Shown here piece by piece: positions 43,435 to 52,523 of a stretch of 64,000 bases of DNA. The first letter of the stretch is position 1. The number at the start of each line of letters is the position of its first letter. Below the pieces are notes generated by a model, which ran no database searches, was not told the origin of the DNA, and was given only the letters and a program-made list of their open reading frames with translations. A program made the translations under genes and the position numbers. This stretch comes from an uncultured Chlamydiae bacterium. GTDB lineage: Bacteria > Chlamydiota > Chlamydiia > Chlamydiales > JAJFMB01. The stretch is taken from positions 3,120,095-3,184,094 of the forward strand of contig CAVOJR010000001.1 of the NCBI GenBank assembly GCA_963696295.1. The letters run 5' to 3'.

Positions 43435-43925
43435 GATGATTTTTCAAGCAGCTCTAATTCTTTCTCGGCTTCTTCCGGTGTTTGGACCCTGGGAAATAAA
43501 TTCAAATAAATATCGCCCTTATGGATATTTTCCGCGAATTTGCGGCTGGAGGGGGCCAGAATTCCCGTAAAAACCGAAAGGACAAGGGCTGAATCGGCTA
43601 TGGTCAGGTTCCAAAGACAAAAGCTCACATTTTTTAAACCGGGCAGGTCGCGATAGGTAAAGACGCATTTAAACGAGGCTTTTCCCAGGGCGAATATATC
43701 AAAAACCACAGCGCGAATGGTAATAATGACAGCCGCCTTGAATTTCCCGAGTCCAACCCTATAGACTCTTCCCTGCCAATGGACGAACCGTTGGTTGGCG
43801 TCCATCTTTTTATCAAAGGCAAAATCTGACTCGAATTCTTTCCATGCAGGTTGTAAATCAAATGAAAAGGGTTCATCGATCAAAGGTTGTAAGTAATAAG
43901 TTCTTGTACTCATATACACCTCCAA
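43431..43925 (-). CDS. Hypothetical membrane protein, first gene of the resB operon
   Basis: 164-aa ORF with hydrophobic segments AAVIITIRAVVFDIFALG and ALVLSVFTGILAP. AGGTG-like RBS. Confidence 0.6.
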   Translation of the reverse strand: MEVYMSTRTYYLQPLIDEPFSFDLQPAWKEFESDFAFDKKMDANQRFVHWQGRVYRVGLGKFKAAVIITIRAVVFDIFALGKASFKCVFTYRDLPGLKNVSFCLWNLTIADSALVLSVFTGILAPSSRKFAENIHKGDIYLNLFPRVQTPEEAEKELELLEKSS

Positions 43926-43943
43926 AATTGGCTAATGGTTTAT

Positions 43944-44075
43944 TTTCGTCCATTTGGTATTTCGGAGCGAGACCAAGAAATCCCGAAGATTGTGAGGAGT
44001 TCATAGCGCTAGCTATGGACGACGAGCAAAATTCGGGATTTCGCCGGTCGCAGCCCGAAATGCCACTGGACGAAA
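43944..44075. repeat. 132-bp imperfect palindrome (MITE-like or structured leader) upstream of sucA
   Basis: The left arm (43944-43987) and right arm (44032-44075) are reverse complements. The strongest blocks are TTTCGTCCA/TGGACGAAA (outer), TGG(T/C)ATTTCGG (middle) and GAAATCCCGAA/TTCGGGATTTC (inner). The 44-nt centre contains CATAGCGCTAGCTATG. Confidence 0.7.
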
Positions 44076-44189
44076 TTAAACCAGCAGCCCCAAAATTACG
44101 AATAGAATATTTTACCCGATTTCACCCCAAATTTAAAAGAGATTTCTTTTTACTGTAAAAAAAAATTATATCTCAGTAAATACAGACTT

Positions 44190-46820
44190 ATGGATATCAA
44201 TCTGGAAAACGCTGATTATATTGAGCAGTTATATGCTCTCTATCAAGAGGATGCTGCAAAAGTAGATCCCTCATGGAAACAATTTTTTGAAAGGGAAAGA
44301 AGGGAAGAACCTGCGGAAGCGCCCTCTGATTTGAAAATCTACGATCTTATCGAGTCGTATCGGACATACGGCCATCTGATGGCCAGGATCAACCCTATCG
44401 CGATTAACGAGGGAGAGGAACCGCAGCAGCTGAGCTTAAAAATGTTGGGATTTAATGAGGGGGATCTTGGCAAACTTTATCCCACCTGCGGTCTGCTGGC
44501 GGAAAAAACGGCGCCTCTCAAAACAATTATTGACGTTTTGAAAGCGATTTACTGCAACAAAATCGGCGTAGAATACATGGGGCTCCAAAATCCGGAACTG
44601 GAAAGATGGCTTCAGGAAAAGATTGAACCTAAAAGATTTACAGACGACCTGTCCATCGATCAGAAAAAAATGATTTTACAGCATCTCAATAAATCTGAGC
44701 TATTTGAGATGTTCCTCCATACGAAATATACCGGGCAAAAACGGTTTTCCATCGAAGGGGGCGAGACGCTGATTCCCATGCTGGCCGCCATCCTGGAAAA
44801 AGGGGCGGCCTTTGGCACCCACAGTTTTGTCATCGGCATGGCCCACCGCGGCCGGTTGAATGTTTTAAGCAATATTTTACAAAAATCGTACGCCACCATT
44901 TTCTCCGAATTTGAAGAGGGGTATATCCCTGAATCATTTGAAGGGAGCGGCGATGTCAAATACCACAAAGGTTTTTCCTCTAAAGTGAATCTTGGCCACA
45001 GCCGGGAAGCCCACGTTTACCTCGCTCCCAACCCAAGCCATCTGGAAGCGGTTGACCCCGTGGTGGAAGGGCAAACCTTTGCGCGCCAAGTGTTGAGCGG
45101 CGATGATAAAAATAGCGTCATGCCCATCCTGATCCATGGCGACGCGGCTATCGCAGGCCAAGGGGTGGTTTATGAAACTTTGCAGCTCAATCAGTTAAAA
45201 GGGTATTCCACAGGGGGAACCCTTCATCTGGTGATCAACAACCAAATCGGCTTCACGACGCTGCCGCAAGATGCGAGATCCACCCATTACTGCACGGATA
45301 TCGCGCGCGCCTTTAATGCGCCGGTCTTTCACGTCAACGCCGAAGATCCTGAAGGGTGCGTTCTCGCGGTTAATCTGGCTGTGGAGATCCGGAAAAAATT
45401 TCAGTGCGATGTCTTTGTCGATCTGAATTGCTACCGCAAATACGGGCACAATGAAACCGATGAGCCGGCATTTACACAACCCATAGAATATCAGCTTATT
45501 AAAAAGAAATTGCCGATCCGCGAACTCTACCGGGATTATTTGATTCAGCAGGGCGTTTTGGAAAAGCAAATGGCTGAAGCGCTGGAGGAAGAGTTCAAAC
45601 AGTCGCTGCACCAGGAACTTGAGCAAATAAAACTCCCGAAAGAAAAACGGCAGGAGCCTGTGCAGGCATCTACCCATTGCCGCACTGCTGTTTCGAAAGA
45701 GCTGCTGATCGAAGTCGCCGAAAAAATGAGCGTCATTCCGCAAGGTTTCAACATCCATAAGAAACTGGAACGGCTGATTCAGGACAGGAAGGCGATGATC
45801 CTGGAAGACAAACCGATCGATTGGGGGATGGGGGAGCTCCTGGCCTATGCCACGTTGCTCTATGAGGGGAAAGCGGTGCGGCTCACCGGCCAGGATTGCG
45901 GCCGCGGCACCTTCAGCCATCGCCATGCGTTGTGGATGGACCAGGTGAAAGAGCGCGCGTACTTTCCGCTCAAACACCTAAAACCGGACCAGGGGCGTTT
46001 CGACGCGATCAATTCCCCGCTTTCCGAGTATGCTCCTTTGGGTTTTGAATTCGGCTACAGCTCCATTCTGCTCGATTCTCTTGTCATTTGGGAAGCGCAA
46101 TTTGGGGATTTTAGCAATGGCGCGCAAGTCATCATCGATCAATTTATTTCCACGACCGAGCAAAAATGGTCGCAAAAGTCAAACCTTGTGCTGCTGCTGC
46201 CCCATGGCTATGAGGGGCAAGGGCCGGAGCACTCCTCGGCGCGCATCGAGCGGTTCCTCTCTTTATGCGGCGACGACAATATGATTGTGGTCAACCCAAC
46301 GCTGCCCGCCCAGCTATTTCATCTGCTGAGAAGGCAGGCATTGGCGCCGATGAATAAGCCCCTGATCGTATTTACCCCAAAAGGGCTGCTGAGGCACCAT
46401 GAGTGCACGAGTCTTTTGAGCCACTTTTCGGAAGGTTCTTTCCGGGAAGTGATCAGCCACGGTTCCAAAGAGAGTACTACTTTGATCCTCTGTTCCGGCC
46501 GGGTCTACTATGACCTCCTGCCCATAAAAAAGGAGGATTGGGCCATCGTGCGGGTGGAGCAGCTCTATCCTTTTCCCAAAAAACAGCTTGAGGAAACGAT
46601 TAGAAACTTTCCCAAAATTGCGAAGACCTATTGGGTGCAGGAAGAACCGGCTAATATGGGCGGGTGGGATTTTGTCCGTCCGCAACTGCGGGAATTGTTC
46701 CCACACGAGCCGATTTATTGCGGTAGAGAGCGCAGCGCCGCCACGGCCACCGGATCCTTCCTGCTGCACAAGAAGCAATTTCAACAGATGATGGACCTAC
46801 TTAAAGGAGATCAGGCATGA
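44190..46820 (+). CDS. sucA: 2-oxoglutarate dehydrogenase E1 component
   Basis: [55 protein letters not shown]. Confidence 0.93.
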   Translation: MDINLENADYIEQLYALYQEDAAKVDPSWKQFFERERREEPAEAPSDLKIYDLIESYRTYGHLMARINPIAINEGEEPQQLSLKMLGFNEGDLGKLYPTCGLLAEKTAPLKTIIDVLKAIYCNKIGVEYMGLQNPELERWLQEKIEPKRFTDDLSIDQKKMILQHLNKSELFEMFLHTKYTGQKRFSIEGGETLIPMLAAILEKGAAFGTHSFVIGMAHRGRLNVLSNILQKSYATIFSEFEEGYIPESFEGSGDVKYHKGFSSKVNLGHSREAHVYLAPNPSHLEAVDPVVEGQTFARQVLSGDDKNSVMPILIHGDAAIAGQGVVYETLQLNQLKGYSTGGTLHLVINNQIGFTTLPQDARSTHYCTDIARAFNAPVFHVNAEDPEGCVLAVNLAVEIRKKFQCDVFVDLNCYRKYGHNETDEPAFTQPIEYQLIKKKLPIRELYRDYLIQQGVLEKQMAEALEEEFKQSLHQELEQIKLPKEKRQEPVQASTHCRTAVSKELLIEVAEKMSVIPQGFNIHKKLERLIQDRKAMILEDKPIDWGMGELLAYATLLYEGKAVRLTGQDCGRGTFSHRHALWMDQVKERAYFPLKHLKPDQGRFDAINSPLSEYAPLGFEFGYSSILLDSLVIWEAQFGDFSNGAQVIIDQFISTTEQKWSQKSNLVLLLPHGYEGQGPEHSSARIERFLSLCGDDNMIVVNPTLPAQLFHLLRRQALAPMNKPLIVFTPKGLLRHHECTSLLSHFSEGSFREVISHGSKESTTLILCSGRVYYDLLPIKKEDWAIVRVEQLYPFPKKQLEETIRNFPKIAKTYWVQEEPANMGGWDFVRPQLRELFPHEPIYCGRERSAATATGSFLLHKKQFQQMMDLLKGDQA

Positions 46821-47932
46821 AAGAAGAGATTAAAGTCCCCGCTATGGGAGAGTCCATTACCGAAGCGGTCATCGGCTCTATCTTAAAACCGGAAGGCTCC
46901 CAGGTAGAAGCTGAGGATGAACTCATCGAGTTAGAGACTGATAAAGTCAACCAGGTGCTTTACGCTCCGGCTTCCGGCACCATATCCTGGAATGTCCGGC
47001 CGGAGGAGGTCGTCAAAATCGGCCAAGTGATCGGCTCGATTGATAAAGCGGCAAGGGCGGAAAAGCCGCCTGAAGTCAAAGTCGAAGTAAAACCGGAAGT
47101 TAAACGCGAAGTCAAACCGGAAGTTAAACCGGAAGTTAAACGCGAAGTCAAACCTGTCACGACCGGTCCGAAAGCGAGAATTTTCAAAGAGGAAGCCTTA
47201 CAGGAAAAAGAGCAGCCCAAACCCAAACCAGCTGGAACCGAAACGCGTAAAAAAATGCCTAAAATCCGGAAAATTATCGCCGAGCGCCTGGTTGAAGTGC
47301 AGCAAAATACGGCCATGCTGACCACCTTTAACGAAATCGACCTCTCCGAAGTGATGGCTGTGAGAAGCCGCCACAAAGACAGCTTTGAAAAGGAGCATGG
47401 GGTAAAGCTCGGATTTATGTCCTTCTTTGTAAAAGCTGTGGTTTCGGCCCTGCAGGCCATCCCCGAAGTCAACGCCTACATCGACGGGGATGAATTCGTC
47501 CAAAGACATTATTACGATATCGGCATTGCCGTAGGAACAGACCGGGGACTGATCGTGCCTGTTGTGCGCGGCTGCGACAAATTGACATTTGCCGAAATCG
47601 AGCAGAGCATCGTGAACTTTGCCAAGAAAGCCCGCGAGGGAAAAATTTCCGTCGATGACCTTCAAGGAGGCGGATTCACCATCACGAATGGGGGAGTTTA
47701 TGGATCGCTGCTCTCTACCCCGATCCTCAACCCTCCCCAAAGCGGCATTTTGGGGATGCATAAAATCTTGAACCGCCCTGTAGCCGTTGACAACCAGGTA
47801 GTGATCAGACCCATGATGTATGTCGCGTTAAGCTACGACCACCGGATCATCGACGGGAAAGAAGCGGTGACTTTTCTCGTGCATATCAAAAATCATCTGG
47901 AAGATCCCGCCAAACTCCTTTTAGACACCTGA
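46817..47932 (+). CDS. sucB: Dihydrolipoyllysine-residue succinyltransferase E2
   Basis: Lipoyl domain ELETDKV, a (E/P)VK-rich linker, and the catalytic DHR..DG motif ([13 protein letters not shown]). Confidence 0.93.
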   Translation: MKEEIKVPAMGESITEAVIGSILKPEGSQVEAEDELIELETDKVNQVLYAPASGTISWNVRPEEVVKIGQVIGSIDKAARAEKPPEVKVEVKPEVKREVKPEVKPEVKREVKPVTTGPKARIFKEEALQEKEQPKPKPAGTETRKKMPKIRKIIAERLVEVQQNTAMLTTFNEIDLSEVMAVRSRHKDSFEKEHGVKLGFMSFFVKAVVSALQAIPEVNAYIDGDEFVQRHYYDIGIAVGTDRGLIVPVVRGCDKLTFAEIEQSIVNFAKKAREGKISVDDLQGGGFTITNGGVYGSLLSTPILNPPQSGILGMHKILNRPVAVDNQVVIRPMMYVALSYDHRIIDGKEAVTFLVHIKNHLEDPAKLLLDT

Positions 47933-47939
47933 GGTAAAC

Positions 47940-49310
47940 ATGGAAGAATATGATATCGTCCTCATCGGCGCCGGTCCAGGCGGTTATGTCGCCGCCCTGC
48001 ACGCCGCCCATCTTGGATTTAAAACCGCCTGTATCGATAAAGGGGAATCACTGGGAGGTACCTGCCTAAACGTCGGGTGCATTCCTTCCAAAGCCCTTTT
48101 ACAATCAAGCGAACACCTCGCCTTCATGCGGGAGAAAGCCAAAGAGCATGGGATCGAAATACAAGCATTAAGCCTTAATTTTCCCCAGATGATGGCGCGA
48201 AAAAAAGAGATCGTGCAAAGCCTGGTTCAGGGGATTGCCGGCCTTTTTCAGCGCGGCAAAGTGACTTCCATTCGAGGCGCTGCCCGCTTTGTCTCCCCGA
48301 ACGAACTGGCCATTGGCGACCAAAAAATCAGGGCCAAAAACATCATCATCGCCACCGGATCGGAACCGGTTGCCTTGCCCTTTATGCCCTTCGATGAAAA
48401 AACCATTATCTCCTCTACCGGCGCGCTCAGCCTGCCTAAAATCCCCAAAGATATGCTCGTCATCGGAGCCGGGGTGATTGGCGTGGAGCTCGCTTCCGTT
48501 TATCAGCGCCTCGGCGCAAAAGTCACTCTGGTTGAAATGCTCGATCACATCTGCCCTGCCATGGATGGGCAGGTCAGCAAAGGGCTGCTCGCCATTTTGA
48601 AGAAGCAGGGATTGACTTTTCACCTCGCGGCAAAAGTTAAGAGCGCGGAAATAAAACCCTCCGGCGTCGAATTGACTGTGGAGCATGAGAATAAAAATCT
48701 GAACCTTTCCGCCGAATGCGCTCTGGTGGCCGTCGGAAGGCGCCCCTACACTAAGGATCTTGGCTTAAAGGAGATCGGCATTGAGACAGACCCTAAAGGA
48801 TTTATTCCGGTCGACGGTAATTTCCGCACCGTTCATCCCCATATCTATGCGATCGGGGATGTTGTGGAGGGGGCCATGCTCGCGCATCGCGCCTCGGACG
48901 AAGGGGTGGTCGTCGTCGATCTGATCGCCGGCAAGAGCGCGCAAATCAACTACCTGGCCATCCCGAATGTGATCTACACCCACCCTGAAGTGGCGGCGCT
49001 TGGCTTTACCGAAGAGGAGGCTAAAGCCCTAAAAATTGAGATTGCGACCGGCATGGCCTATTTTAAAGCCAATCCGAGAGCGCGCTGCAGCGGAGACACG
49101 GAAGGCTTTGTCAAAGTGATCGGGGAAAAGAAGAGCGGCCGTCTCATCGGGATGCATATCATGGGACCGCACGCCTCGGAAATGATTGGGGAAGGGGTGA
49201 TCGCCATTGAAAAGGGAATGACTTTGAAGGAGCTCGCCTACGCCTCCCATGCTCATCCAACTCTGTCCGAGTCCATTAAGGAAGCGGCGCAAAATTCTTT
49301 AGGGGCTTAA
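47940..49310 (+). CDS. lpdA: Dihydrolipoyl dehydrogenase E3
   Basis: GAGPGGY FAD motif, redox-active GGTCLNVGCIPSK, C-terminal HAHPTLSE. Confidence 0.93.
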   Translation: MEEYDIVLIGAGPGGYVAALHAAHLGFKTACIDKGESLGGTCLNVGCIPSKALLQSSEHLAFMREKAKEHGIEIQALSLNFPQMMARKKEIVQSLVQGIAGLFQRGKVTSIRGAARFVSPNELAIGDQKIRAKNIIIATGSEPVALPFMPFDEKTIISSTGALSLPKIPKDMLVIGAGVIGVELASVYQRLGAKVTLVEMLDHICPAMDGQVSKGLLAILKKQGLTFHLAAKVKSAEIKPSGVELTVEHENKNLNLSAECALVAVGRRPYTKDLGLKEIGIETDPKGFIPVDGNFRTVHPHIYAIGDVVEGAMLAHRASDEGVVVVDLIAGKSAQINYLAIPNVIYTHPEVAALGFTEEEAKALKIEIATGMAYFKANPRARCSGDTEGFVKVIGEKKSGRLIGMHIMGPHASEMIGEGVIAIEKGMTLKELAYASHAHPTLSESIKEAAQNSLGA

Positions 49311-49311
49311 A

Positions 49312-50295
49312 ATGAAGGCTATTGTCGTCAGTCACTATGGGGAACCGGAAGTTTTAAAACTGCAAGAGGTGGAAATCGGAAAACCCGGGACTGGGCAAGC
49401 GCTCGTCCGTCTGGCAGCAGCCGGAGTGAACTTTGTTGAAATCTATCAACGGCGGGGCACCTACCCAAGAAAACTGCCCTATATCCCCGGATCTGAGGCA
49501 GCGGGCGTGGTGGAGGCTGTCGGAGAGGGCGTGCCGCAATTTAAGCCCGGGGACCGGGTGGCTTATGTGCACGAGCCGGGCGCTTATGCCGAGGCCAGTT
49601 TGGTCAGGGCCGACCGGCTGATTCCCTTGCCCGCCGATTTTTCTTTCGAACAGGGAGCGGCCTTTCCGCTGCAGGGAATGACAGCGCACTACCTGCTTCA
49701 TGAATTCCGCAAGCCGAAACCGGGCGATGTCGTGCTGATTCACGCAGCCGCAGGGGGCATGGGGCTTTTGCTTGTGCAGTGGGCCCGCCACTTAGGCGCG
49801 AGGGTGATCGGAACGGTTTCCACAGAGGAAAAAGCTAAGGCGGCGCGGGAAGCGGGAGCCTCGGATATCATTTTCTACACGAAGCAAAATTTTGCCGAAG
49901 AGATCAAGTCTTTGACTAATAATCATGGGGCGGATCTGATCATTGACGGCGTTGGTAAAACGACCTTTCAAGGAAACCTGGAAGCCGCGGCTTTGCGTGG
50001 AAATATTGTCATTTTCGGAGCGGCGAGCGGACCGGCGGATCCGATCCCGCCAAACACTTTAATGCCCCGTTCGCTGACCCTTTCGGGAGGCAGCTTGCCG
50101 AACTATCTGTTGAGCCGCGAAGAGCTTTTATATCGCGCTCAGGCGGTAATTAAAGGCGTTCAGGAGGGGTGGCTGAAGTTGCGGATAGATAAGGTTATCC
50201 CGTTGGCCAAGGCGGCTGAGGCGCATCGTTTGCTTGAGAACCGCCAGACGATAGGGAAGGTCATACTTGATATTTCGCTTGAGACTTATAAGTAA
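49312..50295 (+). CDS. qor: NADPH:quinone oxidoreductase (zeta-crystallin/MDR family)
   Basis: AAGVNFVEIYQRRGTYP, PGSEAAGVV.AVGEGV, AAAGGMGLLLVQWA. Begins 1 nt after the lpdA stop. Confidence 0.85.
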   Translation: MKAIVVSHYGEPEVLKLQEVEIGKPGTGQALVRLAAAGVNFVEIYQRRGTYPRKLPYIPGSEAAGVVEAVGEGVPQFKPGDRVAYVHEPGAYAEASLVRADRLIPLPADFSFEQGAAFPLQGMTAHYLLHEFRKPKPGDVVLIHAAAGGMGLLLVQWARHLGARVIGTVSTEEKAKAAREAGASDIIFYTKQNFAEEIKSLTNNHGADLIIDGVGKTTFQGNLEAAALRGNIVIFGAASGPADPIPPNTLMPRSLTLSGGSLPNYLLSREELLYRAQAVIKGVQEGWLKLRIDKVIPLAKAAEAHRLLENRQTIGKVILDISLETYK

Positions 50296-50341
50296 TATTT
50301 TGCTAAACTTAATATAGTTTAATGTTCTTCAGGATAACAAA

Positions 50342-50960
50342 ATGATTTCCAAGTTTCTTGACCCGCAAAAATGATGTTGCATTCAGAAAAATTTTTGGTT
50401 CAGAAAAGAATAAAGATATTCTTATTCATTTCCTCAATGACATGGTTACTTTTAAAGAGAATGGCCCCATCACGCAAGTGCCTTTTTCGAAAAACAATCC
50501 AAGACACTGAGACCGCTGCCCACAAGACCAGCATCGTGGATATCTTATGCAAAGACGATAAAAATAACACTTATATCGTTGAAATGCAAGTGGCTAAAGA
50601 AAAAGGATTTGAGAAAAGAGCCCAATATTACGCCTCGAAAGCCTACATTTCCCAGGCACATGTCGGCGGGGAGTTCCATCATCTTAAAGAAGTGATTTTT
50701 TTGGCGATTGCAGACTTTGTCATGTTCCCCCAAAAAAAAGATTATAAATCAGATCATGTTATCTTAGATAAAAAAAGCCTCGAGAACGACCTGAAAGATT
50801 TTTCCTTTACATTTCTGGAGCTTCCTAAATTCCATAAAGAGGTTGATCAACTGCCAATATGACCGAAAAATGGGCCTATTTTTTTAAACACGCTGAAGAA
50901 ATGTCGGAACAAGATCTTCTAAAACGCACCAGCTCTATCAGGTTTGACAGAGTGGCTTAG
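50342..50960 (+). pseudogene. Rpn-family PD-(D/E)XK nuclease / putative transposase, frameshifted remnant
   Basis: Family-typical peptides are spread over three frames: MISKFLDP (frame of 50342), KNDVAFRKIFGSEKNKDILIHFLND (frame of 50367, ends in TGA), KTSIVDILCKDDKNNTYIVEMQVAKEKGFEKRAQYY...VIFLAIADF (listed ORF 50371-50862), and TEKWAYFFKHAEE (50859-50960). Confidence 0.75.
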
Positions 50961-51171
50961 AGTAAGATCGTTTTACCTTGGAACCAAACTTTAAATGTGC
51001 GCAGTCCAAAGAAAATTTGTCTTCAATGGCGCGCGGAATGCCGACTTTTTAAAGCCAAATCAAAAATTTGGGCGATTTCATCCGAGCCATAATTCTTTTT
51101 TAAAGAATCGACAACCTCCGCACTAATTCCTGCTAGGAGACTCACAATAATATAAATTATCTTAAGTATAT

Positions 51172-51202
51172 CATGCTGTCTCTTTACTAAAGAGACAGCA
51201 TG
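51172..51202 (-). terminator. Perfect 15-bp-stem hairpin downstream of the Fe-S operon
   Basis: CATGCTGTCTCTTTA-C-TAAAGAGACAGCATG, 23 nt beyond the stop at 51226. No clear T-tract. Confidence 0.45.
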
Positions 51203-51225
51203 AATCAAATAGACAAAAATATCAG

Positions 51226-51783
51226 CTAATATCCGTGCGAGGAGCCGCAGCCGCAGGAAGAGCGCACGTTCGGATTCGAAATTTTAAATCCGGAATTTTG
51301 CAGCGCATCGATATAATCGATTTCGGAGCCTAGCAACCGGGGCACCTTCTTCTTGTTCACATGGATGGCGATGCCGTTGGAGACGAATATCTCATCATCC
51401 TCATTGGCCTTTTCCGAATAGTCGAGCATATACTCAAAGCCGCTGCAACCCGCCATCTGCTCGGACAGGCGAATGCCCCAGCCATGTTTGCCTTCTTCAG
51501 AGAGAATACCCATATACTTCTCTACCGCGCGTCTGGTCATGGTGATCGTGCTAGGATCAGACTGCTCTTCGAGAAGGGCGTTTAACCGGCTTACCAAACG
51601 ATCAATATGTTCTTCTGTCATGCCGTGACCCAGCATGCCGGCCTCTAAAGTTTCCCAGGTAGCCGCCTGACAGCCGACGCAATGCAATCCGGCATTGGTG
51701 ATCTCTTGGGAAAGTTTTTGAGCTTTATTCGGAAACATCGAAAGAATCTCTTCGATGGTCATATCTTTGTGAATTTTTTTCAT
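51226..51783 (-). CDS. DUF1858-like domain fused to an A-type Fe-S carrier (IscA/HesB) domain
   Basis: The N-terminal MTIEEILSMFP...GLHCVGCQAATWETLEAG resembles the DUF1858/ScdA N-terminal domain. The C-terminus has CSGFEY ... and the terminal SSCGCGSS signature of IscA/ErpA. Confidence 0.75.
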   Translation of the reverse strand: MKKIHKDMTIEEILSMFPNKAQKLSQEITNAGLHCVGCQAATWETLEAGMLGHGMTEEHIDRLVSRLNALLEEQSDPSTITMTRRAVEKYMGILSEEGKHGWGIRLSEQMAGCSGFEYMLDYSEKANEDDEIFVSNGIAIHVNKKKVPRLLGSEIDYIDALQNSGFKISNPNVRSSCGCGSSHGY

Positions 51784-51794
51784 GTGTTACATCC

Positions 51795-52061
51795 TTAGAA
51801 ACAAATTTTTACATTACCTTTGCGAATTTTACACTGGCAAGCCAACCGCTCATCTTTGGTATCGGCGCCCAGAAAATCCTCTTCCTCTTGGGTCGGGGGC
51901 GAAAGATTCTCAAATCCCTCTTTAATTTCTATGACACAAGTTCCGCAAACCCCTTCAGTACAAGCAAAAGGAACGCCGGCTTCCTCGCAAGCCTCGGCTA
52001 TCGGAGAATTTTCCTCTAATTCCACTTCCTCGCCATTATGTTCAAAAATTAATTTAGGCAT
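51795..52061 (-). CDS. 2Fe-2S ferredoxin (small)
   Basis: CTEGVCGTCV ... LACQC cysteine pattern. 88 aa. 11 nt upstream of the IscA-fusion gene. Confidence 0.8.
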   Translation of the reverse strand: MPKLIFEHNGEEVELEENSPIAEACEEAGVPFACTEGVCGTCVIEIKEGFENLSPPTQEEEDFLGADTKDERLACQCKIRKGNVKICF

Positions 52062-52116
52062 ATCGATCTCTCCTAGTGATTTAAGTCTAGAATTATGTAG
52101 GATAAATTAAAAAAAA

Positions 52117-52497
52117 TCAACTAAAAATCAGAGAGGCAATTTTATAAACGCGAGAATCTGATGTGTACCTTTTAGTTTCATCCCTCTTTTGAGCCATCAA
52201 GAGTAATTCCTTGTATATTTTTTGATATTTTTCCTTAATTTCTTTTTGGGAAATCTCCTTACTCGAAAAAACGATCTGTTTGAAGTGTTTAAACGCTTCA
52301 AACAGTTCGGCATGCAAAAGAGCGAGATAGACTTTAGCCGCTCTGCTCCCAATCTGTTTTTCCTGCCCGGGAATTGATAAAACGGAAAATTTAGGCTTTT
52401 CCTTCATCAGTGACACTGGCATCAAAATGCCAGAAAAAATTCCATTAAAACCGGTCATACACACCTTGAAATCCTTAAAAATAAGACCATAAAGCAC
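52117..52497 (-). CDS. Hypothetical 126-aa basic protein
   Basis: ORF 26 nt downstream of PP2C on the same strand. No motif. Start uncertain. Confidence 0.45.
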   Translation of the reverse strand: MLYGLIFKDFKVCMTGFNGIFSGILMPVSLMKEKPKFSVLSIPGQEKQIGSRAAKVYLALLHAELFEAFKHFKQIVFSSKEISQKEIKEKYQKIYKELLLMAQKRDETKRYTSDSRVYKIASLIFS

Positions 52498-52523
52498 TGA
52501 TCTTTTTTTGAAAACTGTAAAAT

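Noticed and set aside
43844-44158. 104-aa ORF spanning the palindrome upstream of sucA
   Set aside because: No RBS and no motif. Its sequence is dictated by the inverted repeat. It overlaps the start of the divergent gene at 43925.
47050-47160. EVKPEVK short tandem repeats in sucB as a novel feature
   Set aside because: This is the flexible Pro/Lys/Glu-rich inter-domain linker expected between the lipoyl and catalytic domains of E2 proteins. Such repeats are ordinary there.
51023-51208. 61-aa minus-strand ORF between the Rpn remnant and the Fe-S operon
   Set aside because: No RBS. It begins inside the terminator hairpin at 51172-51202 and lies in AT-rich remnant DNA. Its GISAEVV...EIAQIF string is too weak for any assignment.
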